Positions 53,326 to 63,577 are shown, counted from the stretch's first letter. The stretch is 64,000 bases of DNA from an uncultured Nitrospiraceae bacterium (GCA_963705105.1 CAVPIW010000008.1:1-64000); one strand, 5' to 3'. Numbers and translations are program-made. The notes: generated by a model not told the origin, from the sequence alone.

Positions 53326-53425
53326 ATGGCCTCCTTATGCGTGTTTCCCGCATCCCATCGGGATGCAATAGTATACATCATTCCGGAATCGAAACAAAGA
53401 TCGAATCATACCCATCAATCGTCAC

Positions 53426-53495
53426 ACTTTCACTTTGTATGAAAAGGCGGGACAAAGTGCCTCAAAGCCTTGCTGATAGCGAGCATGATCATTTG
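53426..53495 (-). repeat. Inverted-repeat element, copy I, right arm only
   Basis: TTGTATGAAAAGGCGGGACAAAGTGCCTCAAAGCCTTGCTGATAGCGAGCATGATC. Confidence 0.8.
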
Positions 53496-53520
53496 AAATT
53501 GGATATCGGAGATCCCAATG

Positions 53521-54318
53521 TCATGAGCCCTCACCTTTCCTCATCCTCAGATGGATGAACCGCATCCCTTCGAATGTGAGCGCCGGGATGACACGATGAT
53601 GCCTCCCGATGAGGGGAGCGACCAACTCCACCGCTCCGCCGGTGAGCACGAGCGCAAGGGAGAAGCCCAGTTCACGCTCCATGTCGCCCACAAGCCGTTC
53701 AACAGCGCCCGCCGTCCCGCACACGATGCCGGCCCTGATCGAGGACAGCGTGTCCCGGCCCGGCAGGCTCAAGGGCTGACGGAGGTCGACAGCAGGGAGC
53801 TTCGCCGTTCCAGTGTGGAGAGCCCTTTCCATAAGCCAGATCCCCGGAAGGATCGCCCCTCCGATGAGGTCCCTCCGCCGTCCGACAACGGTGATCGTCG
53901 TCGCCGTGCCGAAATCAACGATCGCAGTCGGTCCGTCGATGAGCACGACAGCTGCGACGGCATTGGCGATCCTGTCCGATCCCGTCTGCCCGGCATTGTC
54001 GACGGCGAACGTCAGGCCCGTATCGAGCCTGTGACTGACGATCAGCGGCTCCCTGCGACAGAGCCCCCTGAGGGCCTCGATGATCCTCTTCGTGACGGCC
54101 GGCACGACAGAGGAGACGACGGCATCGAGATCACCGACACCGGCCGCCGGAGCCATGCCGGTCTGTGTAGCGATGAAACCGGCGATCCTTTTTCGATAGG
54201 CTGCAACAGTCTGAAGGGGATTGAGAGGAACCTGAGAGGTCGCGCACCTGCTGCTTTCCGGGTCACTGTAGACACAGAGATTGATGGTGCTGTTGCCGAT
54301 ATCCGCACAGAGGAGCAT
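53521..54318 (-). CDS. coaX: Type III pantothenate kinase
   Basis: DIGNS, SSVVP, GSDR, VDFGTATT, GGAILPG and LTGG. Confidence 0.92.
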   Translation of the reverse strand: MLLCADIGNSTINLCVYSDPESSRCATSQVPLNPLQTVAAYRKRIAGFIATQTGMAPAAGVGDLDAVVSSVVPAVTKRIIEALRGLCRREPLIVSHRLDTGLTFAVDNAGQTGSDRIANAVAAVVLIDGPTAIVDFGTATTITVVGRRRDLIGGAILPGIWLMERALHTGTAKLPAVDLRQPLSLPGRDTLSSIRAGIVCGTAGAVERLVGDMERELGFSLALVLTGGAVELVAPLIGRHHRVIPALTFEGMRFIHLRMRKGEGS

Positions 54319-54337
54319 GGACCGGGCGGGGCGACGA

Positions 54338-55168
54338 TCAGGGCCGGAGATGGGCAAAGGACGGGTTCGGCGACTCCATCCTGAGGACCGTCACGTCTCC
54401 GGCGCTGATCTTTGAAATGGACTGGTCAGGCAGCCTGAGTATGAGCAGGCCTTCTTCGTCGATCCCCTCGGCGACGCCCGTCATCTCCGATTCCGCCATC
54501 GCGACCCGCACGGCGCGGCCGAGCGTCGAGCAGAGCCGGACCCACTCCGACAGGACAGGGCCTTTACCCTCCCGCATCAGGATGTCATACCACGAGTCGA
54601 GCTCGCTGATCATTGATGCGGCAAGCCGGGACCGTGAATGGGTTTCTCCTGTCTCATCCCTGAGGGATGTCGCGGCGGACCTGATTTCATCGGGAAAGTC
54701 CTCTGCCGTACCGTTGACATTGAGACCGATGCCGATGACGGCAGCCTCGATCCGGCCGGCCGAAGACCTCGTTTCCGTCAGGATGCCGCCGAGCTTCTTC
54801 ACGCCCACCATCATGTCGTTCGGCCATTTGATCGTCACGGGCACCGGCACACTCCGACGGATTGCCGATACGGAAGCGACAGCCGCCAGGAGGGTCAGGA
54901 CGGGCGCGTCGCGGGGGAGCATCTCCGGTTTCAGGAGGATGCTCATGGAGATGTTTTTCCCTGGCGGCGACACCCAGGTCCTCCCGAGCCTCCCCCTGCC
55001 ACTGTTCTGGCTGTCTGCAATAAAGACGGTGCCGTCGGCGAACCCGCTCCGGGCATGTTCCATAGCCAGCGTATTCGTCGAGCCGGCAGTGTCGAAACAG
55101 AAGATCTCCCTGCCGACAATTTTTTCCTCGCCGGAGAGGGCATGCCTGATGTCAGCCACGGAAATCAA
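54338..55168 (-). CDS. birA: Biotin--acetyl-CoA-carboxylase ligase, no N-terminal HTH
   Basis: STN, QNSGRGRLGRTW, KWPND, KLGGIL and GIGLNV. Confidence 0.93.
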   Translation of the reverse strand: MISVADIRHALSGEEKIVGREIFCFDTAGSTNTLAMEHARSGFADGTVFIADSQNSGRGRLGRTWVSPPGKNISMSILLKPEMLPRDAPVLTLLAAVASVSAIRRSVPVPVTIKWPNDMMVGVKKLGGILTETRSSAGRIEAAVIGIGLNVNGTAEDFPDEIRSAATSLRDETGETHSRSRLAASMISELDSWYDILMREGKGPVLSEWVRLCSTLGRAVRVAMAESEMTGVAEGIDEEGLLILRLPDQSISKISAGDVTVLRMESPNPSFAHLRP

Positions 55169-55177
55169 CGGGTCAGA

Positions 55178-55792
55178 TCACTCCTGCTCCAGGATGACGA
55201 CGTCGATCTTCCCCTTCAGGGCCTCTGCGAATTTCACCGCGTCTTTTTTATCGCCGACGATGGCGCCGTAGTGCATGGGTATGGCAACTTTCGGCTTGAT
55301 GTCGAGCGCCGCCTGTACCGCTTCGTCAGCAGTCATGACGTATGTCCCTGAGACGGGCAGAAGGGCGATGTCAACCTTGTATGTTTTCATCTCCGGAATG
55401 TAGTCCGTATCTCCCGCCAGGTAAATCCTCTGACCGTTCACCGTGAATATATATCCGACCCATCCCTTGTCCTTCGTGTGAAACTGCTTGTTCGTGTTAT
55501 ACGCGGCAACAGCTTCGACCTGTATCCCGCCCACATTTATCGTTTCGCCCGGCTTTATCACCTTGATATTTCCCTTCAGTTCCTCGGCGCATCCCTTCGG
55601 CGTGACGATGACCGTCTCCGGCCCCTGGATCATCTTCACGTCGTCGGGCGAGCAGTGATCAAAGTGTTCATGGGTGATGAGGATGATGTCCGCCTTGTCT
55701 TTCTTCTTCAGCTTGAAGGGGTCGGTATAGATGACCTTTTCGCCGGTGATCTTGAATGTGTCGTGCCCCAGCCAGTGAATGTTCTGCACCAT
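55178..55792 (-). CDS. MBL-fold metallo-hydrolase
   Basis: WLGH, THEHFDH, YLAGDT and IPMHYG. Confidence 0.9.
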   Translation of the reverse strand: MVQNIHWLGHDTFKITGEKVIYTDPFKLKKKDKADIILITHEHFDHCSPDDVKMIQGPETVIVTPKGCAEELKGNIKVIKPGETINVGGIQVEAVAAYNTNKQFHTKDKGWVGYIFTVNGQRIYLAGDTDYIPEMKTYKVDIALLPVSGTYVMTADEAVQAALDIKPKVAIPMHYGAIVGDKKDAVKFAEALKGKIDVVILEQE

Positions 55793-55965
55793 GGATCTGC
55801 CCTCCTTTTTCGCTCCGTGTAGAATAGCGGGAAACAAGCATTAAACGACAGCATAAAAGGCGAATAACTGCAATCTCCGCATCGGTTTCATCCTTATTCG
55901 AAGTGTAGTATATCACGGGAAAAACTGCAATCATTTTCTCATACATCTATTTGCTATAATGTGTG

Positions 55966-56889
55966 ATGACTCTCTACCTCATAGACGGCAGCTCCTATAT
56001 CTATCGGGCCTATCACGCCATCAGGGGCCTGAGCAGCTCGAAGGGCTTTCCCACCAATGCGATCTTCGGATTCACGAACATGCTGATCAAGATCATCAGG
56101 GAGAAGCGGCCCGAAGCCCTCTGCATCGTCTTCGACTCGCCTGTCCCGACGGAAAGGCATAAGCTGTATGAACAGTACAAGGCCCAGAGACCGGAGACCC
56201 CCAATGACCTCGTCGTCCAGATCCCCCACATCAAGGAGATCATCCGGGCCTTCCGCGTGACAGCCATCGAGATGCCCGGATACGAGGCCGACGACATCAT
56301 CTGCACCGTCGCGCGCAGGGTCTCCGAGCAGGGCATGGACGTCTTCATCGTCAGCAGCGACAAGGACATGATGCAGATCGTCAGCGAGAGAGTTCGCATA
56401 TTCGATCCGATGAAGGATGTCGTCATAGACGAAAAAACGGTCCTGGAGCGTTTCGGCCTGCCGCCGGAACGATTGAACGAGCTCATGGCGCTCACGGGCG
56501 ACGCGATCGATAACATCCCCGGAGTGAAGGGGATCGGGGAGAAGACGGCGAAGGAGCTGCTTCAGAGCGCAGGGAGCATCGACGATCTCCTCGACAATCC
56601 GGGGGCCATCAGGAAAGAGAAACTCCGCGCGCTCATCACGGAAAACAGGGATATCATCAGGCTGAGCAGGACATTGGCGACTGTCAATGCCGACCTGCCC
56701 GTCCATATCGACCTGGAATCGCTGAAAGCCCGTGAGCCGGAATGGACTGAGATCCTCCGCCTTTTCAGGGAATTCGAATTCAGGAGCCTCATGAACCGCA
56801 TACCCGCCGTCAGGGGAGAGCCGCGGGGGACGTACAGGACCGTCATGACCAGGGAGGAGCTCAGGGAGCTCATCGGGAGGATGGGATGA
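55966..56889 (+). CDS. polA: DNA polymerase I, 5'-3' exonuclease part
   Basis: LIDGSSYIYRAYHA, YKAQR, GYEADD and GDAIDNIPGVKGIGEKTA; ends at a TGA overlapping the next ATG. Confidence 0.9.
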   Translation: MTLYLIDGSSYIYRAYHAIRGLSSSKGFPTNAIFGFTNMLIKIIREKRPEALCIVFDSPVPTERHKLYEQYKAQRPETPNDLVVQIPHIKEIIRAFRVTAIEMPGYEADDIICTVARRVSEQGMDVFIVSSDKDMMQIVSERVRIFDPMKDVVIDEKTVLERFGLPPERLNELMALTGDAIDNIPGVKGIGEKTAKELLQSAGSIDDLLDNPGAIRKEKLRALITENRDIIRLSRTLATVNADLPVHIDLESLKAREPEWTEILRLFREFEFRSLMNRIPAVRGEPRGTYRTVMTREELRELIGRMG

Positions 56890-58643
56890 TCCAGCCCGGT
56901 CTGTTCGGCGCCGGAGATGCCGGGACACTCCGCCGCGAAATCGCCCTCGACATCGTCGCCGCCGGCGCCGGTCCCATGGACGGCCGGATCATCGGGGTCG
57001 CCCTCTGCATGGAGCAGCACGTCGCCTCCTACATCCCTGTCCGCCATGCCCACGGCCCCAATGTTGACGATGCACTTGTCCTGCTGAAAGACATCTTTGA
57101 GGATGAGGCGATGGCGAAGATCGGCCACAATCTGAAGCAGGCCATCCTCCTTCTCAGGCAGGAGGGAATCGACATGAAAGGTGACCTGTATGACGCCATG
57201 GTGGCGGCTTATCTCCTCAACCCGAACACGCAGAGCCATGGCATCGAGGATGTGGCCCTTGAACACCTCGCCTGCAAGAAGCCGTCCGCCGCAGAAGTGC
57301 TCGGCAAGAGGACCTCCTGGGAGGATGTCGGGATTGATGAGGCAATGCAATTTGCCGCGGAAAACGCCGACATCTCTTTCGAACTGAAGAATGTCCTGTT
57401 CGATGCCTTGCGCCGGGAGGAGCTCGACCGGCTCTACTTCGATATTGAGATGCCCCTGATCCGCGTCCTCGCCGGCATGGAAGAGGCAGGGGTGAAGATC
57501 GACGTCAACCGGATCGCGCAGTTGTCCGAAGAGCTCGAACGGGGACTTGCGACGCTGCAGCAGACGATATACGACGTCGCGGGAGAGGAGTTCAACATCA
57601 ATTCCCCCCGCCAGCTCGGCGTCATCCTCTTCGACAGGATAGGACTGAAGCCTCTCAAGAAGACGAAGACCGGCTACTCCACAAGCGTCGAGGTGCTGGA
57701 GGAACTCGCCCTGAGCCATGATCTGCCGCGGGAGATCCTCTCGTACCGGACGCTGAACAAGCTGAAAACGACATACATCGATACCCTTCCCAGGCTCGTC
57801 AACAAGCGCACCGGCAGGATCCACACATCCTTCAACCAGACGGCCACCGCCACGGGCAGGCTGAGCAGCAGCGACCCGAACCTCCAGAACATCCCGATCC
57901 GAGGCGAATGGGGTCCGAAGATGAGGGAGATCTTCATCGCCGATGAGGGGTGCATGCTCCTGTCCGCCGATTACTCGCAGGTCGAGCTGCGCGTCCTTGC
58001 CCATGTAAGCGGCGACGAGGGTCTCGTCGAGGCCTTCAGGAGCGGTATCGACATCCATACGCGGACGGCTGCGGGGATCTTCGGCGTCCCTCGGGAGGAG
58101 GTGACACCCGACATGAGGAGAGCGGCGAAGGTCGTGAACTTCGGCATCGTCTACGGCATCACACCCTTCGGTCTCTCCGAAGCCCTGGGTATCGCTCCCG
58201 CCGAGGCCGGACAGTACATCACTCAGTACTTCGAAACGCACAGGGGGGTGAAACGGTACATCGACGAGACCGTTGACGCGGTGCGCCGGTCCGGCTTTGC
58301 CGTCACGCTGCTCGGCAGAAAGAGGCCGATCCCCGACATCGGCAGCGCCAATGCGACGGTGAGGCAGCAGGCCGAGCGGCTCGCTGTCAACACCCCCATC
58401 CAGGGCACCGCGGCGGACCTCATAAAGAAGGCGATGATCGACATAGGGAACACGATCCGGGACCGGAAGCTCAGGACGCGCATGGTGCTTCAGATCCATG
58501 ACGAGCTTCTCTTCGAAGGCCCCTCCGGTGAGATGGAGGAGGTGCGGGAGATCGTCAGGGAGGGCATGGAAAATGTGGTACCTCTTTCGGTTCCCCTGAG
58601 GGTCGACATCGGCTCGGGAAAAAACTGGGCCGAGGCGCATTGA
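56886..58643 (+). CDS. polA: DNA polymerase I, Klenow-like part
   Basis: TGRLSSSDPNLQNIP, ADYSQVELR, RRAAKVVNFGIVYG and QIHDEL. Confidence 0.92.
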   Translation: MIQPGLFGAGDAGTLRREIALDIVAAGAGPMDGRIIGVALCMEQHVASYIPVRHAHGPNVDDALVLLKDIFEDEAMAKIGHNLKQAILLLRQEGIDMKGDLYDAMVAAYLLNPNTQSHGIEDVALEHLACKKPSAAEVLGKRTSWEDVGIDEAMQFAAENADISFELKNVLFDALRREELDRLYFDIEMPLIRVLAGMEEAGVKIDVNRIAQLSEELERGLATLQQTIYDVAGEEFNINSPRQLGVILFDRIGLKPLKKTKTGYSTSVEVLEELALSHDLPREILSYRTLNKLKTTYIDTLPRLVNKRTGRIHTSFNQTATATGRLSSSDPNLQNIPIRGEWGPKMREIFIADEGCMLLSADYSQVELRVLAHVSGDEGLVEAFRSGIDIHTRTAAGIFGVPREEVTPDMRRAAKVVNFGIVYGITPFGLSEALGIAPAEAGQYITQYFETHRGVKRYIDETVDAVRRSGFAVTLLGRKRPIPDIGSANATVRQQAERLAVNTPIQGTAADLIKKAMIDIGNTIRDRKLRTRMVLQIHDELLFEGPSGEMEEVREIVREGMENVVPLSVPLRVDIGSGKNWAEAH

Positions 58644-58681
58644 ATCAAAGGGGCGTAAAAAAACATCAGGCAGGTGACGCG

Positions 58682-59020
58682 ATGGATGACAGTATATCGA
58701 ATCGGAGACGGTTTCCCAGGATCAATGACCGTCTGAAGTTCAAATTGAGAGATCAGAAAACGGGCTGGACGGAGGACACGGTCAACATCAGCGCCGGCGG
58801 CTTGAGGTTTCGGACGGACGTGGAGCACCGTGTGGGCGATGTTATAGGCGTCGACATCATCAAGGGGGGGGTCGGTGTGCCGAATACGTACCTCCGGGTA
58901 ACGGGAAGAGTCGTCAGGGTGATCGAAAGATCGGGGATGTTCGAAGTCGCCATAGAGTACACGGACATGAACGAGGACCTGAAAAAGGGCTTTGAGCGGT
59001 TCGTCCACCGGAAGGAATAA
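58682..59020 (+). CDS. PilZ-domain protein
   Basis: RRRFPR and NISAGG motifs. Confidence 0.85.
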   Translation: MDDSISNRRRFPRINDRLKFKLRDQKTGWTEDTVNISAGGLRFRTDVEHRVGDVIGVDIIKGGVGVPNTYLRVTGRVVRVIERSGMFEVAIEYTDMNEDLKKGFERFVHRKE

Positions 59021-59048
59021 TGAAACGCCGGATCGACGGCCGTGAAGA

Positions 59049-59131
59049 GCGAGAGTGGCGGAACTGGCAGACGCACCAGACTTAGGATCTGGCGGGCAAC
59101 CGTAGGGGTTCGACTCCCCTCTCTCGCACCA
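59049..59131 (+). tRNA. tRNA-Leu (anticodon TAG)
   Basis: GCGAGAG/CTCTCGC acceptor stem, TGGCAGACGC D-arm, CCAGA-CTTAGGA-TCTGG anticodon arm, long variable arm, GTTCGAC and encoded CCA. Confidence 0.97.
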
Positions 59132-59164
59132 CATTTTTCTTTTACATCCTGAGACAATTACTTA

Positions 59165-59448
59165 ACATTGCAGTTGCGCAAAAAGGCGGGGCGAAACGCT
59201 CTGCAATACAGTGTCAGTGACAGTGTGAGTGTCAGCAAAAAGTTCACCTTTTTCAGCCGTCGGCCTGAAATAGATTCATCGATGTCGGGCCGTTCGGGGA
59301 ACGGCCCCTACAGGATTCCACTCTTTGTGTGGTCGACCATTGGTTTGAAAGGTTGTCTTCTGTGAGGGTTATGGTGTCGCCGCAGCAAGGTTTTCGGCGC
59401 ATTCACCCCAGCCCCGCCTTTCCCGGAAGTGTATTGCAACGATAAGGT
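59165..59448 (-). repeat. Inverted-repeat element, copy J, full length
   Basis: Reverse complement of 63732-64000 with few differences. Confidence 0.93.
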
Positions 59449-59468
59449 GACATGATGCAGCCCGTACC

Positions 59469-59529
59469 TGTCATCCCGGCTCGTCCGGGATCCTTCTTGA
59501 AAAATGATTCCCGACAAGCGGGAATGACA
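59469..59529 (-). repeat. Double-hairpin repeat
   Basis: TGTCATCCCGGCTCGTCCGGGATCC...GATTCCCGACAAGCGGGAATGACA. Confidence 0.88.
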
Positions 59530-59584
59530 AGGATGTCATGACGTATATTAGGTGCTCCTTGGTATAATAGGAGTTGGGGATGAC

Positions 59585-60565
59585 GTGGACGACAACAGCA
59601 GGACAAAAGAAGATCTTCTGAAAGAACTTGAGGAACTGAAGCGCCGGTTCGGCCTTTCCGACGGCCCGGGGCGTCCCGGACCGTGCCTGGGCAGCGAGGA
59701 GCGCTACGGCGACCTTTTCGAGAACGTGAACGACCTGATCCAGTGCATCAGCGCCGAGGGGCGCTTCGTTTACGTCAACCAGGCGTGGAGAGAGACACTC
59801 GGCTATGCCGCTGAAGAGATCGAAAAACTCACCGTCTTCGACATAATCGACCAGGAAAGCATCGAACACTGCATGGACGTATTCGATCGTCTCAGGAAGG
59901 GGGAGAAAATCGACAGGGTCGAGGCTATCTTCCGAGCGAAGGATGGGAGCAGGGTCATGCTCGAGGGGAGCATCAGCACACGGTTTACCAACGGACAGTT
60001 GATATCGACCCGAGGCATTTTCCGCGACATCACGAAACGCAAGCGGCTTGAAGAGGAACTGCGCGCCCTCTCCCTGACCGACGATCTGACGGGCCTCCGC
60101 AACAGGCGCGGATTCCTTACCCTTTCGGAGCAGCAGTTGAAGGTGGCCAGGCGGCTGATGAAGATGATGGTCCTCTTCTTCATCGACATCGATGGGATGA
60201 AAAAGATCAACGATACTCTCGGCCATCCCGCAGGCGACCGGGCACTCACCGAGACCGCCGAGGTGCTGAGAGGCAGCCTGCGCGAGTCCGACATCATCGC
60301 GCGGATCGGCGGCGACGAGTTTGCCGTCTTTTCCCTGGAGGGAGCGAGCCCCGATGTGGAGGGCATCCTGTCGAGGATCAGCGAAAGTATCAACAGCCTG
60401 AATTCAACGGAGGGACGTCCCTTTGCCCTCTCCCTCAGCATCGGCGTCGCGCGCTACAGTCATGATACGTCGCTGTCCGTCGAGGAGATGATCGCCGAAG
60501 CGGACCGCGCCATGTACGAACAGAAACGCAGCAAACAGAAACAATCCACACCCGGCTTGGCCTGA
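59585..60565 (+). CDS. PAS-GGDEF diguanylate cyclase
   Basis: PAS/PAC (DITKRK), DDLTGLRNRR and RESD...GGDEF (I-site and active site intact); probable GTG start. Confidence 0.92.
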   Translation: MDDNSRTKEDLLKELEELKRRFGLSDGPGRPGPCLGSEERYGDLFENVNDLIQCISAEGRFVYVNQAWRETLGYAAEEIEKLTVFDIIDQESIEHCMDVFDRLRKGEKIDRVEAIFRAKDGSRVMLEGSISTRFTNGQLISTRGIFRDITKRKRLEEELRALSLTDDLTGLRNRRGFLTLSEQQLKVARRLMKMMVLFFIDIDGMKKINDTLGHPAGDRALTETAEVLRGSLRESDIIARIGGDEFAVFSLEGASPDVEGILSRISESINSLNSTEGRPFALSLSIGVARYSHDTSLSVEEMIAEADRAMYEQKRSKQKQSTPGLA

Positions 60566-60624
60566 TCAGGACAATCCGCGCAAATCCTCAACGGACCGGC
60601 AGGTCCGGCGGATCTGCCCCCTGC

Positions 60625-62340
60625 CTATTTCATGAAAGGAAACACGTTATATCCCTCTGTGTCGAACAAAATCAGAGGAATCGCCCTGTTCTTTATCGTG
60701 AAGGATTCTGCGGTCGCGGGTGAAGAAGCCGGCATGACCAGGCCCTGCGCAGTTCTGGGCCTGCAAAGCCCCCCCGATCCCGGTATCGGTTCATATCCAG
60801 CGTCGCAGCAGCGGTTCACATCGGGATGACAGAGAGCCACGGACGTACAGCAAGTCTTTCCGTCGGGACAGGCGACATTGCCCTCCCTACAGCAGAATCC
60901 CTCTCGCACACACCATGCACCGGGGTTGCAGCAGCCGTTGCCGCAACAGGGGTACCCGGGGGGACAGGCGCTGTTCCCGCAGCACGTCCAGAAATCCGGC
61001 CAGCATTGGCCGCCGCAGACCTTCTCATCAGCTGCGCATCCTGTCAGAGTCACGGAGATGGATGCGCTACCTGTTACAGATTGTCCGGCGCCGTCTTTCA
61101 CCGACACCGTAACGGCATATGTGCCCGCGCTGTTGTAAATGTGCCCGGCGGCCTGGGAGACCGAATCGACCCCCGAAAAAGTCGTTTTCCCACCGTCTCC
61201 CCAATCAAACGAATAATCGTATGGGCCTGTCCCTCCGGACGCCGTCGCCGTGCACATGGCGTCTTTCCCTACCTCCGCCTGAGAAACGCAGGAGAGAGAC
61301 ACGGCCATGGGCTCTCTGACCTGCAGTGCGATCGTCACGAGTCCAAATGCGAAATTGCTGTCATTGGCATAAAATTGCACATAATGCATGCCGGGTGTGT
61401 CGAACGAGCGTGAGCAGGATTGACCCTCTGTCCATCCCGACGAACTGCAGACCGTCTTGTAGTGGTAAGGAGGCAAGCCCCCCGAGGCTTCAGCGGTCCA
61501 CATGCCGCCTTCACCGACATCAAGCCATATGGGGCCGCTTGTCCCTAAGACCAGATTCTGTTTCCTTACAGATAAGAAGGTCTCGCCATAGCCCTGCCTG
61601 CCCTGCGCATCACGAACCTTCACATTAATATGTGCCCAGCCATTATACGAGAAACTCTTCACCTGAGTATCCGTCGTTGCACTTGTCGTGATTTCACGGG
61701 ATTCCCCCGCAAGGTTCCATGCAAAAACAAGGGGAGGGACGGGAGCCCCGTCATTCTCAAAGGCCGAAACGACTCCCGTAAAGGAGACATCTTTCTCCGC
61801 ATCGATAGTTTGCGCTGGCTTCGATATCGCCACTGAAAGAATTTTCGTAACAGCGACTGCGTAAGAGGTTGTGCCTGTGCAGACAGCTTCTTTTCCTTTC
61901 ATGGCGAGAAAGGTTACCTTTACGTTGTCGATATGATCGAAGCGGTCGGGCGCCTCGTCATGCCACACGTAAAGTCCGTTGCCCATGGGGACAGCGGTTC
62001 CACTTGTCTCCCCCTTGATCTCGACAAAGTCTATCTCGTCGCGCCAAAGGGCGGGGATCCGGACTTCAACCGTCACAGTTCCGCCATCGTTCACCGAATA
62101 CTTATCGAGCGTGATGCTCCCTGCACAGGTCTGGCCTTTCGTGCCCTGTCCCGCCGACGGAGGGGCAGGCGTGGCTTCAGTCTCGTCGGCGTACCAGTCG
62201 AGCTGGGGCTCGGCTGAAGATGCATACAGAGGCATTGTGAGCAAGACGAGAGCAACCGTCACCGCGGCAAGAGCCGTCGCACATAGAGAAAAATATCGAC
62301 GTCCTGATCTGTCTATCACGTTGAGTTCCGTCTTTACCAT
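60625..62340 (-). CDS. Secreted PKD/Ig-repeat protein with cysteine-rich C-terminus
   Basis: Signal peptide; ASGGTGPYDYSFDWGDG...HIYNSAGTYAVTVSVKD PKD motif; 20 Cys in ~95 C-terminal residues. Confidence 0.85.
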   Translation of the reverse strand: MVKTELNVIDRSGRRYFSLCATALAAVTVALVLLTMPLYASSAEPQLDWYADETEATPAPPSAGQGTKGQTCAGSITLDKYSVNDGGTVTVEVRIPALWRDEIDFVEIKGETSGTAVPMGNGLYVWHDEAPDRFDHIDNVKVTFLAMKGKEAVCTGTTSYAVAVTKILSVAISKPAQTIDAEKDVSFTGVVSAFENDGAPVPPLVFAWNLAGESREITTSATTDTQVKSFSYNGWAHINVKVRDAQGRQGYGETFLSVRKQNLVLGTSGPIWLDVGEGGMWTAEASGGLPPYHYKTVCSSSGWTEGQSCSRSFDTPGMHYVQFYANDSNFAFGLVTIALQVREPMAVSLSCVSQAEVGKDAMCTATASGGTGPYDYSFDWGDGGKTTFSGVDSVSQAAGHIYNSAGTYAVTVSVKDGAGQSVTGSASISVTLTGCAADEKVCGGQCWPDFWTCCGNSACPPGYPCCGNGCCNPGAWCVREGFCCREGNVACPDGKTCCTSVALCHPDVNRCCDAGYEPIPGSGGLCRPRTAQGLVMPASSPATAESFTIKNRAIPLILFDTEGYNVFPFMK

Positions 62341-62356
62341 GGTATCATTCTCCTCC

Positions 62357-63577
62357 TTACCGCGACGGGATCACGAAGACAAGCCTGTCGCCGGAAAACC
62401 CGAACACGATGCCGTCGTAGATGAAGTGCTTGTCCGTCCTGAACAGGTCGAAGAACTTGCCGCTGCCCGGCGGAGACGATGTCATCGACAACGGCTGACC
62501 GTGAAGTGCGAGGATGCCCTCCGTCGTCATGTCAAAGGAGTAGTTCTCCGGCCGGAGCTGCGCAGGCTGAGGCGTCAGGCCGGCAGTGTCAACCTGGACC
62601 TCTTTCATGAAGATACCGTTTGTGAAGAACTCCCGCACCCCCCGGGTGATATAGATCCAGGCCTCGTCAATCCTGATCACACCGCCCTGCTCCCTGAATG
62701 TCTTGATGAATTGCTGGGGGTAGCCGATTTTATTGACGAAGGCCTGCTGGGCCGGCGAAAGTTTGTCAAAGGACAGGACCGAAACAGCGGCGTTGCTTGT
62801 CCATGTATTCACGTCAAAGAGGTTGGCGAAATTGCCGACCATCACTCCGGCAAAGATGTAATCACCGGAGAGAAGCGACGAGGGCAAAACAATGTCGGGA
62901 AGGATCGAGCCGGTCTCTTTCACCGGGTTGACGCCGATCTGATAGGGAACGATCTGATCGGTCACGCCGTAGCCGGCCAGAAACAAGGGAGGCAGTCCCG
63001 GCGCTATCAGGATGACATAGAGGTCCGACGGACCCGTCATCGTCCCGGGCGTGACGTCAAAATCCCAGCGGAAAGTATTGCCCGGCCCGGCCGCCGCTGA
63101 GCTTAACGGCATGTCGAGTTTGTGTTTGGTCTCTGCCGGAGCCGCGTCGACGGTTGCCGTGACGGTGAAGTCGATGGGGAACAGGATCTGACTCACGTTG
63201 ACGGGTGTGATGTACCACCGCCCCTCCCTGAGGGGAGGTGTCGAGGTCGGGGTGACCTCGATCCGCTCGTGGGAGTCGACGGCCGTCGAAACGAAGTCGG
63301 CCCCGTCGTACAGTTCTCCATAGTTGGCCCCCTGCAGGGGCGCACCGTACTTCAGGAAGAGGTCGAGGTCGCCCCGGTCCGCCGCGAGGGTCACTGTCAG
63401 CCTGGTCGCCCGGGCGGGCACCTCGATGTAGTGGTTGGTGTATGTGCCCATAGAGAGGGTCAGCGAGACGGGCACACCGCTCTGGAGCGCCGTCTGGGCA
63501 TAGACCGGCGTCATCAAGAGCATCAGGTCTGCGCATATCAGCAGAAAAACAAAGATGAAATGAAGAGATCTTTTCAT
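62357..63577 (-). CDS. Secreted protein with a PPC-like (pre-peptidase C-terminal) domain
   Basis: Signal peptide; IEVPARATRLTVTL...GDLDLFLKYG...GRWYI. Confidence 0.75.
   Translation of the reverse strand: MKRSLHFIFVFLLICADLMLLMTPVYAQTALQSGVPVSLTLSMGTYTNHYIEVPARATRLTVTLAADRGDLDLFLKYGAPLQGANYGELYDGADFVSTAVDSHERIEVTPTSTPPLREGRWYITPVNVSQILFPIDFTVTATVDAAPAETKHKLDMPLSSAAAGPGNTFRWDFDVTPGTMTGPSDLYVILIAPGLPPLFLAGYGVTDQIVPYQIGVNPVKETGSILPDIVLPSSLLSGDYIFAGVMVGNFANLFDVNTWTSNAAVSVLSFDKLSPAQQAFVNKIGYPQQFIKTFREQGGVIRIDEAWIYITRGVREFFTNGIFMKEVQVDTAGLTPQPAQLRPENYSFDMTTEGILALHGQPLSMTSSPPGSGKFFDLFRTDKHFIYDGIVFGFSGDRLVFVIPSR

Noticed and set aside
59049..59165. Prophage or integrative element at tRNA-Leu
   Set aside because: No integrase and no duplicated tRNA 3' end seen within the window.
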